DNA of 24,902 bases from Spirochaetota bacterium (GTDB lineage Bacteria > Spirochaetota > UBA4802 > JAFGJZ01). This document shows, in pieces, positions 1-8,299 of this stretch. Position numbers and translations under genes: made by a program. The stretch is from the NCBI GenBank assembly GCA_041306665.1, contig JBFZEW010000400.1:1-24902 (forward strand), read 5' to 3'. The notes beneath the pieces were generated by a model. It did no database searches. It saw nothing but the letters and a program-made list of their open reading frames with translations, and was not told where the DNA came from. Each line of letters begins with the position of its first letter. Position 1 is the stretch's first letter.

Positions 1-1380
1 GCCTGATGTAAAAGCGTGATTCATTGAATTATTCACGCATTCATAAATAATCTGCGAACATTGTATTGCGGTATTAACCGGAATAAAAATTCCATCAATT
101 TTGTTATTTATTTTTATTTCCGATGAATTTTTTTTCGATTCTGAACGGATTAAGCTGATAAGTTCATCAACCGAGTCATGAAAATTTATGCTCGCGTAGT
201 CTTTTTTCTGATAAAGAAACTCATGAATAACGGCCATCGCGGAAATTCTTTTTTGAAGATTATCGAGAATTGAGATGTCGGCTTTTTCAACAGCATCATT
301 TACCTGGAGACGCATGAGGCTGGAAATAATCTGAAGATTGTTTTTAACACGGTGATGAAGTTCCTGAATGATGAAATGCTTCTCGTTCAGCGATGCCGAC
401 AAAGTTTTTTCGGATAAAACACGGGATGTTACGTCCTGAATGAAAAGTATGATTTCATTTTTCGGACTGCTGAACCCGTGAAATGAATACCATTTTGAAA
501 GTTTTTCTGAAAAAAGCGTAAATCTGTTGTCAATGCGCGACTTTGAAATTTCAGCCAGGAATGACAGCCACGGGAAATCAGAAATTACAATTCTCGAAAG
601 AACCGAGGAAAAAGTTGAACCTGTTAAATCGCTTCCAACCGGAAAGTAAAAAAATTTTTTAAACGCGGGGTTCGCTTCCAACACGATTAAATCATCGGCC
701 TTGCCGTCCGTTTCATGAATTCGAAGTACAGCGAACCCGTCCTGCAGATTATTGAACATGGACGCGTACTTCCCAGATTGTGATTTGTAAATATGCTTAT
801 TAAGCTTCATTCCCAAAAACGAAATTAAAAAAGAAACGATGATTAATATCACTGCAATAACAATGACATTTATATCATACTCTCGTTTATCGTAAATTAC
901 GCCTCGGCTGTATATCGCATAAGCGTGAAGAAAAACCGTTATAATTTCAAGAAAAAAATATATCACAACCTGCCGCAGCTTCATTCCGAAAAGAATGATA
1001 AAAAGCGAACCGCAGGTTAAAATTGAAATGGTTATGAATATTTTTTCATAAGAAGGATTTGAACTGTCCAAATAATCAAATACAATGTGATGAAAAAATA
1101 TTATCGGAAAAATCACGTAAATAACGTTTGACGCTGCAAAAAATTTCCGCTTAACCGTCAGTAACATCCCTATGAAAACTGTAACTATGACAAGAACATC
1201 CGCAGTCAATAAATATGTTGTATATAAACTTAATATTCTTCGAATAAATACCAGGTTATACAGAAAAAACACTATAATGAAAAAGAGAAGCAGAAACCTC
1301 CCTCTCATCGCTGTATCTTCAGTTTCATTTTGAAAAGGTAAGTTCAGCAAATTCTGCATTTTTTTTAATAAATTATTCAT
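1..1380 (-). CDS. Membrane sensor histidine kinase, HisKA_2 type with PAS-like domain (3' end runs off the window)
   Basis: Absent from the ORF track. My manual translation is open from ATG 1380 to the window edge (460 codons, MNNLLKKMQNLL...HAFTSG). It has about 6 hydrophobic segments, a PAS-like region (MFNNLQDGFAVL...LEANPAF...FIQDVTSR), the H-box ELHHRVKNNLQIISSL, the AMAVIHEFLY motif and the N-box YECVNNSMNHAF. Alternative starts are 1359 and 1308. Confidence 0.9.
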   Translation of the reverse strand, partial: MNNLLKKMQNLLNLPFQNETEDTAMRGRFLLLFFIIVFFLYNLVFIRRILSLYTTYLLTADVLVIVTVFIGMLLTVKRKFFAASNVIYVIFPIIFFHHIVFDYLDSSNPSYEKIFITISILTCGSLFIILFGMKLRQVVIYFFLEIITVFLHAYAIYSRGVIYDKREYDINVIVIAVILIIVSFLISFLGMKLNKHIYKSQSGKYASMFNNLQDGFAVLRIHETDGKADDLIVLEANPAFKKFFYFPVGSDLTGSTFSSVLSRIVISDFPWLSFLAEISKSRIDNRFTLFSEKLSKWYSFHGFSSPKNEIILFIQDVTSRVLSEKTLSASLNEKHFIIQELHHRVKNNLQIISSLMRLQVNDAVEKADISILDNLQKRISAMAVIHEFLYQKKDYASINFHDSVDELISLIRSESKKNSSEIKINNKIDGIFIPVNTAIQCSQIIYECVNNSMNHAFTSG

Positions 1381-1442
1381 ATCAGGAAAATAATTCGCTG
1401 TAATAATTATAAATTTCGAGACTGTTAAGCGAAAAGACAGTT

Positions 1443-1784
1443 TTAACCAACATTCCACTCTCTCATTAACGCGCCTATAAGCGTCACTTCATCTTCATGC
1501 ATAACATTATCTGCATCAATAAGTTTCATCATGAATTTTAAAATATACTTTTTTTCATTTACATCAAGAGAGTTCAATTCATTAACCGCGCGTTTAAAAT
1601 TACTTTCAATTTTTTCCGCGCTGAAATAGCAAAGATCAGCAAAATACTGCTTGGACTTTATTGAAAAATTATATTTCATTTTATCGAGTATTTCATTAAC
1701 CGCGAGAAGTTCAGCTTTGTCAATTTTACCGTCAACAGTAATTGTCATTGCGAAAATATCTAAAATATTTTTTTCAATATCCAT
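1443..1784 (-). CDS. TerB-like (tellurite-resistance-family) protein
   Basis: 113 aa with two TerB-type acidic motifs, TVDGKIDKAE and LIDADNVMHEDE, in a helical protein. Confidence 0.7.
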   Translation of the reverse strand: MDIEKNILDIFAMTITVDGKIDKAELLAVNEILDKMKYNFSIKSKQYFADLCYFSAEKIESNFKRAVNELNSLDVNEKKYILKFMMKLIDADNVMHEDEVTLIGALMREWNVG

Positions 1785-1934
1785 CCGTAATTATCCCTAT
1801 ATATACTGCATTTAATATAATTGTCAGATGAATTAATATCAATAAAAAAATTCTAAATTTTACGTGCTTCTAAAAGCGCGGATATTACTAATAATTGGAA
1901 AATATTTTATTGCGAAGGGAATAATGTGGAAAAC

Positions 1935-3578
1935 TTAATGATGAAATCTCTGCGCCACTGGAATTCTGCGCCCGGTACCAAAAGCCTTTCCCGTGATTTT
2001 AAGACCTGTCGCCGCCTGACGGCGTTTATACTCACTTCGATCGACAGTTTTGAGCACGAAAGAAACAATTTCTTTTTCAAAACCCTGTTCAACAATCTCG
2101 CTCAATGACAGGCGTTTTGAAATGTATAACTCCAAAATCGCGTCGAGAACATCGTATGGCGGAAGTGAATCTTCATCTTTTTGATTTTCGCGAAGCTCCG
2201 CCGAAGGAGGTTTATTTATCGTATTCCATGGAATAATTTCTTTTTCCGCATTTATATGCTTCGAAAGGCTAAAAACAAGCGTTTTCGGCAAATCAGAAAT
2301 AACAGCGAGGCCGCCTGACATGTCCCCATATAAAGTACAGTATCCCATTGACAGCTCCGATTTATTTCCAGTAGTCAGCAGAAGCGCTCCGGTTTTATTG
2401 CTTATCGCCATTAGAAGATTTCCCCGTACGCGCGCCTGAATGTTTTCTTCCGTGACGTCGCGCTTCGCACCGTGAAAAACAGAAGACAAGTCTTTTTCAA
2501 ACTGGCAGCACAATTCCTTGATTGAAATTGTTTCAAATTTAATACCAAGATTTTCTGCCAGCAATCTGGAATCATCAACGCTTCCAGAAGAAGAAAAAAC
2601 TGAAGGCATTGTAACACCTGTTACATTCTCGGCACCAATTGCTTCAGCTGCAATTACGGCTGTTAACGCGGAATCAATTCCTCCAGAAAGTCCAAGCACG
2701 GCCTTTTTAAAACCGCATTTCGCCATATAATCCTTCACTCCGAGAACAAGCGCGCTTTTAACGTCCTCCATGTCATTATCAGCAGCCGCTTTAACCGGAA
2801 GATCTTTTCCGAAATCGCAAACTGTCATGTCTTCACTGAAGCCGGAACATGCTTTTACAATTTCACCTTTTTTATTTACAGCAAAACTGTTTCCGTCAAA
2901 AATTAAAGAATCATTTCCGCCAATCTGATTAACATAAACGAATGGAATGTTATATTTCACGGCGATTTTACGGATGTGGGTTTTTTTAATGATGTTCTTG
3001 CCCATGACATAGGGAGAAGCTGAAAGATTCAGGATATACTCAGCTCCCATATCCGCGAGTTTTTTCACAGGATCCGTGCAATATTGCCTGCCTTCTATGT
3101 AACCGGAAAGAAGATCTTTATCATTCCAGATATCTTCGCATATCGTGATTCCAAAATTTATTCCGTTTATAACAGCCATGCTGATTTCATTGCCTGACGA
3201 AAAATATCTCTGCTCATCAAAAACATCATAGGTCGGCAGCAGAGTCTTATGATGCCTGGAAATTATTTTCCCGTTCTGAATCACAGCGGCAGAATTTAAA
3301 AGCCGCGGAGACCTTTTTTCGTCTCTGTCAACATAACCGCAGATTACGGTAATGCCTTTGCAGTTTTCCTGTATTCTTTTCAGAGCGGTGATATTATCAT
3401 CAATTAGTTTTGGATTTTCAAGAAGATCCATTGGAGGATATCCCGTAGTAGACAATTCAGGAAACACGATAATTTCAGCGCCTGATTTAATTGCTTTTTC
3501 GGAAAAGGAAATAATTTTCCCAACGTTATAATCGATATCGGCGATTACCGGATTAATCTGGGCTAATGCGATTTTCAT
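1935..3578 (-). CDS. nadE: Glutamine-dependent NAD+ synthetase
   Basis: N-terminal nitrilase/CN-hydrolase domain with the E-K-C triad (FPELS, HHKTLLP, TICEDIW). C-terminal NAD synthase domain with SGGIDS, ENIQARVRG, TTGNKSE, GYCTLYGD and KPPSAEL. Confidence 0.97.
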   Translation of the reverse strand: MKIALAQINPVIADIDYNVGKIISFSEKAIKSGAEIIVFPELSTTGYPPMDLLENPKLIDDNITALKRIQENCKGITVICGYVDRDEKRSPRLLNSAAVIQNGKIISRHHKTLLPTYDVFDEQRYFSSGNEISMAVINGINFGITICEDIWNDKDLLSGYIEGRQYCTDPVKKLADMGAEYILNLSASPYVMGKNIIKKTHIRKIAVKYNIPFVYVNQIGGNDSLIFDGNSFAVNKKGEIVKACSGFSEDMTVCDFGKDLPVKAAADNDMEDVKSALVLGVKDYMAKCGFKKAVLGLSGGIDSALTAVIAAEAIGAENVTGVTMPSVFSSSGSVDDSRLLAENLGIKFETISIKELCCQFEKDLSSVFHGAKRDVTEENIQARVRGNLLMAISNKTGALLLTTGNKSELSMGYCTLYGDMSGGLAVISDLPKTLVFSLSKHINAEKEIIPWNTINKPPSAELRENQKDEDSLPPYDVLDAILELYISKRLSLSEIVEQGFEKEIVSFVLKTVDRSEYKRRQAATGLKITGKAFGTGRRIPVAQRFHH

Positions 3579-3588
3579 TGTAATACCA

Positions 3589-4968
3589 TTAATTTAATTT
3601 TTGAATGCATGTATTTAAAATTTTCTTCATTATAATATTTTTTTCTTTCAGCAGCATGTCATTCAGGTCAGGCAGAATATTCTTATTCTTCATGCTCTGC
3701 AGAGAATATACGGCGGCTGTTCGGACGTATAAATTATTATCATTTCTCACAAGTTCAATTAAACAATTCACTGTATCTTTACTTTTAAAATCAGACAGCG
3801 CGGCGGCAGCCTCGGCCCGGACTCTGAAATCAGCATCTGCGCAAGCCAGCATTAAAAGAGACTCAGCCGACTGACCGCCGATTACGCCCAGAATATACGC
3901 GGTTTTTATGCGTAAATAGGAATTCGGTTCGGATTCAATAATTTTTTGCAGCCCTTTAAATCCGCCGCCATTTTTAATTTTCAAATGAATATCAATTAAA
4001 ATATTCTTAACTTCATCATCTGTTTCCATTTCAAGTTGTTTTGCTACCGCATAAATTCCGTTTGTATAGCTGAAAAACAATATCCCCTCAGCCGCGGCTT
4101 GTCTAACCTCTATTGATTCATCTGCCAGATTTTTTGTAAAAACGTACATTGCCGTATTATTTTTTGTCGCAATCATCGTGCGCATCGCTTCAGCCATAAC
4201 TTCAGAGTTTTCATCATTCTGAGCAGCTTCCTTTACAAACCCGTAACTATTCTCAATGGTGAATTTACGTATTATCCGTAAAGTATAAAGTCTGACGGAT
4301 TTATTTTTATCTTTCATCATGTCTCCGATAACGGAAACAAACCGTGAATCGTACAGATAAAAAAGCGCCTGCGACGCATAAAGTCTTTTCACCGGATTTT
4401 CCGATAAAGCCATGGCAAATACTTTCGAAAAAGTTCTGTCATTGCGTATTTTTTCAAGTTCAACGCAGGCTGCTTCACGAACGGAAAAATGCGGGCTTTC
4501 TATTTTTTCAGAAAGCAGATATATAATGTCTCTGCTTTCGAATGTACTATATTTACGGATTACTTTAATTTGAAAATCGGCGGGACCATCTGTAATCATT
4601 AAATCATCCCAGTATTTCCGGGATTTTTCGAAAGGATATTTATATGCAATTTCTAATAAATTTTCAAAAACGAGCTCTTCTTTTTCTATTTTAATCCGCT
4701 GAAATAGAGCAGGCAGCAAAACTTCCGGTGTATTCGTGAGAATATAAATTTCAGCTTTTCGGGCAACCTCTGTTTCTTTTCCAAATAAAAGTTCAAAAGC
4801 GTTTTCATCCGTAATAATTATTTCTTTTTTTGCGGAAGACGCTTTTTCAGCCTGAGTTTCAATGGTTGTCATATCAGTCTGCTGATCTGCTTCAGATGAA
4901 CAAAAACCGGCGGCGGGAATAATGAAAAACGTAAAAATTACCAATCTGTAAAAAATTTTTTTCAGCAT
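3589..4968 (-). CDS. HEAT-repeat protein with N-terminal signal peptide
   Basis: Basic/hydrophobic leader MLKKIFYRLVIFTFFIIPAAG. Repeated HEAT motifs (D/N..VR..A..AL), e.g. PHFSVREAACVEL, DESIEVRQAAAEGI, DADFRVRAEAAAAL, NNLYVRTAAVYSL. Ends 10 bp before the nadE start. Confidence 0.85.
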   Translation of the reverse strand: MLKKIFYRLVIFTFFIIPAAGFCSSEADQQTDMTTIETQAEKASSAKKEIIITDENAFELLFGKETEVARKAEIYILTNTPEVLLPALFQRIKIEKEELVFENLLEIAYKYPFEKSRKYWDDLMITDGPADFQIKVIRKYSTFESRDIIYLLSEKIESPHFSVREAACVELEKIRNDRTFSKVFAMALSENPVKRLYASQALFYLYDSRFVSVIGDMMKDKNKSVRLYTLRIIRKFTIENSYGFVKEAAQNDENSEVMAEAMRTMIATKNNTAMYVFTKNLADESIEVRQAAAEGILFFSYTNGIYAVAKQLEMETDDEVKNILIDIHLKIKNGGGFKGLQKIIESEPNSYLRIKTAYILGVIGGQSAESLLMLACADADFRVRAEAAAALSDFKSKDTVNCLIELVRNDNNLYVRTAAVYSLQSMKNKNILPDLNDMLLKEKNIIMKKILNTCIQKLN

Positions 4969-4990
4969 TATATCTTCCGGAAATAAAAAT

Positions 4991-5013
4991 AAAAGTCCGT
5001 CTACCGGACTTTT
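4991..5013 (-). terminator. Intrinsic terminator downstream of the TetR gene
   Basis: Perfect 9-bp inverted repeat AAAAGTCCG (4991-4999) / CGGACTTTT (5005-5013) with a 5-nt loop. On the minus strand it is followed by a T-rich tract. Confidence 0.7.
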
Positions 5014-5081
5014 ACATGATATATAAATGTATTATATTTACAACTGTTTTTTAATACGGGATTTCTATTTAGAAATGAATT

Positions 5082-5690
5082 TTAATTCAGCATTCCATTC
5101 ATGTAGGAATCAACAACATCTTCGATAATTTTCGGAGAACTGACGTCAGTTTTGGTTTTCGAGTATTCATGAACAAGCATCAGAACTCCGCCGATAATTA
5201 TCAACGAACTGATGCGCGAATTATTCGCAGTTTTATAATATCCATGTTTTTTTAAATCGTCAATATCGCGTGAAATAACTTTTGAAACGTAATCAGTAAA
5301 CTTTGAAACTCTTTCAATAACTTCATCATCAATGCCGACGATTTCCTTAAACATCAGCTTAATTACAATGGGCTCGGAAATGAGTGTCTTAACACAGCGG
5401 GAAACGCGTTTATTTAAATAGACGATTACATCTTCCTTGGTGGATCCATCATTAATGAACTCGGCTAAATCATCGCGATCGAAAATATCATCAAGTTCTT
5501 CTTCAACACCTTCGAGTATCGCAAAAAGAATTTCTCTTTTGTTGCCGAAATATTGATAAACAGTCCCGCGCGCGATATCAAGTTCCGTACAAACCTCGCC
5601 GATATGCGTGCTCTGATAACCGCGCTCAATGAACATTTTTTTTGAAACATTGATTATTTCATCTTTACGCTTCTGGCCTTTTGCCGGCAT
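5082..5690 (-). CDS. TetR/AcrR family transcriptional regulator
   Basis: N-terminal HTH FIERGYQSTHIGEVCTELDIARGTVYQYFGNKREI; GGAG SD 7 nt upstream of the ATG. Confidence 0.92.
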   Translation of the reverse strand: MPAKGQKRKDEIINVSKKMFIERGYQSTHIGEVCTELDIARGTVYQYFGNKREILFAILEGVEEELDDIFDRDDLAEFINDGSTKEDVIVYLNKRVSRCVKTLISEPIVIKLMFKEIVGIDDEVIERVSKFTDYVSKVISRDIDDLKKHGYYKTANNSRISSLIIIGGVLMLVHEYSKTKTDVSSPKIIEDVVDSYMNGMLN

Positions 5691-5709
5691 TATTGATCTC
5701 CAGAGAAAG

Positions 5710-5841
5710 CTAAATAATTCTGTTATCTTTTTCCGATGAACGCACAGATTTTAACCGCTTTATCTCATCTGAAAGCGGAACAAGAAGTTCTTTCAGTTCT
5801 TTGATTAAAACATCTGCTTTTTCTCTTAGTTCAACACTCAT
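5710..5841 (-). CDS. Putative 43-aa small protein directly upstream of tetR
   Basis: Manual translation MSVELREKADVLIKELKELLVPLSDEIKRLKSVRSSEKDNRII*. Amphipathic-helix-like; fills the gap between the promoter and tetR. No clear SD. Confidence 0.4.
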   Translation of the reverse strand: MSVELREKADVLIKELKELLVPLSDEIKRLKSVRSSEKDNRII

Positions 5842-5852
5842 GTTTAAATAGA

Positions 5853-5917
5853 AAATAGACAATTGATTATTTATATTTACTTGTTTAATAATATTTTTTT
5901 AATCACATTATAGTCAA
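5853..5917 (-). promoter_or_regulatory. Candidate sigma70 promoter and palindromic operator for the small ORF-tetR unit
   Basis: Minus strand TTGACT (5917-5912)-N18-TATTAT (5893-5888). An imperfect palindrome AAATAgaCAATTGatTATTT (5853-5872, 16/20 symmetric) lies just downstream. Confidence 0.4.
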
Positions 5918-6003
5918 TAACTTTTTTTTATGAATAAAAAAATGATTATGTATTTTAATTTATTACTATGAAAATTATAAGGTAAGATTTACGAAATAAT
6001 CAA

Positions 6004-6276
6004 TTAAGCCCAGATTTCGCTCCTTTTTTCATATCCAAATTCATTTTTTGGCACATATTCTATGCCGGCAAGCATGTAAAAAAATCTTTTAATCGCTTCG
6101 AGATCCATTACAGCATCATCAATATTGTATTCTTTTTCATGTTTAGTTTTTTCCAAAGATATGTCTTCAGTTTTTTTAATTGTAGAAGAATTCATAATAT
6201 CAGTTTTCTGAATATTCCCGACACTGCTTTGGTTAATCTGGGGGATGAGTTCATTGATGTTAAGTTTGCTTTCCAT
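6004..6276 (-). CDS. Hypothetical 90-aa protein
   Basis: Strong SD (AAGGAGG) just upstream of the ATG. No family recognised. Confidence 0.75.
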   Translation of the reverse strand: MESKLNINELIPQINQSSVGNIQKTDIMNSSTIKKTEDISLEKTKHEKEYNIDDAVMDLEAIKRFFYMLAGIEYVPKNEFGYEKRSEIWA

Positions 6277-6307
6277 GACATACCTCCTTGTATGTTATCT
6301 ATTTATA

Positions 6308-6334
6308 TTATCGGTACAATATTAAAAGATTTAA
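6308..6334 (-). promoter_or_regulatory. Sigma28 (FliA)-like promoter
   Basis: Minus strand TTAA-N15-ACCGATAA (or TAAA-N14) versus the consensus TAAA-N15-GCCGATAA. The -10 box matches 7/8 and lies about 30 nt upstream of the ATG at 6276. Confidence 0.55.
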
Positions 6335-6519
6335 TGATTTTTTTTAAAAAAACATGATATTTTTGTACGCTACTTTCAGATAAAACCTAATAAACCTGCA
6401 TTTTATCAGATTACTTCAATTATAATTTAAACCGCAAAAAACTATAGCAATACAATCTTAACAATATATTTACATTTTAAACAGCATTTCAGCTTGAAAA
6501 AAATCTGCTTATATTTTAA

Positions 6520-7560
6520 ATGATAAGTATGAATAAAAAGAAAAAAATTGCGCTTCTCACAGCGGGCGGGGACTGCCCTGGATTAAATGCAGCTCTTAGA
6601 GGAGTCGGCAAAGCAGCCATACTGCAATATGACATGGAAGTAATCGGAATCAGAGACGGCTTTTCCGGACTCATCAATATGGACTTCTGCGAATTAAACG
6701 AGCAGGATTTATCAGGAATTCTTACTCTTGGCGGAACAATTCTAGGAACTTCACGGGAAAAACCGTTTAAAAATGCCAAAGCAAATGATTTTATAAAAAG
6801 CAAACCGGAAATAATTAAAGAAAACTATGAAAAGCTCGGCCTTGACTGTATAGTCTGTCTCGGCGGCAATGGAACAATGAAAACTGCTGAAAAACTTTCA
6901 CAGCTTGGACTGAATATAATCGGAATGCCGAAAACAATAGACAATGACGTCTGGGCGACTGACTTATCATTCGGATTTGATTCAGCATTGAACATTGCAA
7001 CCGAGGCTATTGACCGTATTCATACCACTGCAAATTCACACCGCAGAATAATGGTTGTTGAAGTTATGGGGCACCATGCCGGGTGGCTAACACTTTACAG
7101 CGGTATTGCCGGAGGCGGTGATTTAATTTTAATTCCGGAAATTGAATATGACAGCAAATCTATCTCCAGATATCTGACAAAAAGAGCAGAAAACGGAAAA
7201 CCATATTCTATAGTTGTTGTCGCAGAGGGAATAAAAAAGCCAAATAAAAAAAAGGCAGCTACTCATATTGCTGAAATTATCAACGAAGAAACCGGACTTG
7301 AAGCAAGAGAAACAATACTGGGTTACATTCAAAGAGGCGGATCTCCATCACCTTTCGACCGCGTACTTGCAACCCGGCTGGGTGCTGCAGCTGCTGAATC
7401 CATAAAAGATAATCATTTCGGCATAATGGTTGCGCTTCAGAATAATCATATTGTTCGTGTACCATTGAATGAAGTTTCAGGAAAAGTCAAAACAATTCCG
7501 GAAGATTTTAAACTTATTGAGCGCGCCCGCCAGATCGGTACCAGCTTTGGCGATGAATAA
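6520..7560 (+). CDS. pfkA: 6-phosphofructokinase, group III, probably ATP-dependent
   Basis: Motifs TAGGDCPGLNA, GGTILGTSR, GGNGT (Gly at the E. coli 104-equivalent), PKTIDND (Lys at 124), EVMGH and LGYIQRGG. The start could be the ATG at 6529. Confidence 0.95.
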   Translation: MISMNKKKKIALLTAGGDCPGLNAALRGVGKAAILQYDMEVIGIRDGFSGLINMDFCELNEQDLSGILTLGGTILGTSREKPFKNAKANDFIKSKPEIIKENYEKLGLDCIVCLGGNGTMKTAEKLSQLGLNIIGMPKTIDNDVWATDLSFGFDSALNIATEAIDRIHTTANSHRRIMVVEVMGHHAGWLTLYSGIAGGGDLILIPEIEYDSKSISRYLTKRAENGKPYSIVVVAEGIKKPNKKKAATHIAEIINEETGLEARETILGYIQRGGSPSPFDRVLATRLGAAAAESIKDNHFGIMVALQNNHIVRVPLNEVSGKVKTIPEDFKLIERARQIGTSFGDE

Positions 7561-7582
7561 CATTTATGACGGAGACTGATTT

Positions 7583-8299
7583 ATGAAATTCGTATGTCTG
7601 GTTAGACACGCCAAAGCAGAGAAAATCAAATCAGATGATTTCAGACGCAAACTCACAAACGAAGGAATACTTGAGGCTGAACTTCTGGGAAAAAGTCTGA
7701 AAAATGACGATTTTTTATGTGATCTGGTTATTTCAAGTAATGCTTCAAGAGCTCTTGAAACAGCTGTAATCATTGCAGAAACTCAAAATATAAAACAAAG
7801 GAAAATCCGGGTTGAAAATTCTCTTTATCAGGGAACAGGCATTGACACTTATTACAGACTGCTTAAAGAACTTGATAATTCCATCAATACTGTACTCATT
7901 TCAGGACATAACACGACATTAGACGCAGCAGCAAAAGACATGTGTCAGGAATATGACCGGCGATTAACTACAGCTGCCGCTTTCTGCATTGCGTTTAATA
8001 TTAGCAACTGGAATGAAATAACATCAGGAACAGGCACTGCATGTTTTTATAAATTCAATAAAAATAAAAACAAACTCGCAGACGATGAAAAGCGTTTCAT
8101 AGAAAATTTAAAAAACGAAACAACACTAAAAATTGAGAATATTTTCACGGACATAAATAAAACAATAATGTTTAACGACAGGAAAAACACAATAAATTCA
8201 ATTTTTAAAAGTACTGAGGAAATTTTTAAAAATTCTACAATAGTCACAATTCAGGATTTAACAATATTAAGAAATAATACGGGCATAAAAAATGAATAA
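7583..8299 (+). CDS. sixA: SixA-type phosphohistidine phosphatase with C-terminal extension
   Basis: Histidine-phosphatase motifs LVRHAKA, SSNASRALET and SGHN, plus about 75 extra C-terminal residues. Overlaps the ppk1 start by 8 bp. Confidence 0.82.
   Translation: MKFVCLVRHAKAEKIKSDDFRRKLTNEGILEAELLGKSLKNDDFLCDLVISSNASRALETAVIIAETQNIKQRKIRVENSLYQGTGIDTYYRLLKELDNSINTVLISGHNTTLDAAAKDMCQEYDRRLTTAAAFCIAFNISNWNEITSGTGTACFYKFNKNKNKLADDEKRFIENLKNETTLKIENIFTDINKTIMFNDRKNTINSIFKSTEEIFKNSTIVTIQDLTILRNNTGIKNE

Noticed and set aside
4894-4968. Lipoprotein lipobox (AAGFC) in the HEAT protein
   Set aside because: Phe at -1 is non-canonical; it cannot be told apart from a standard signal peptide without a predictor.
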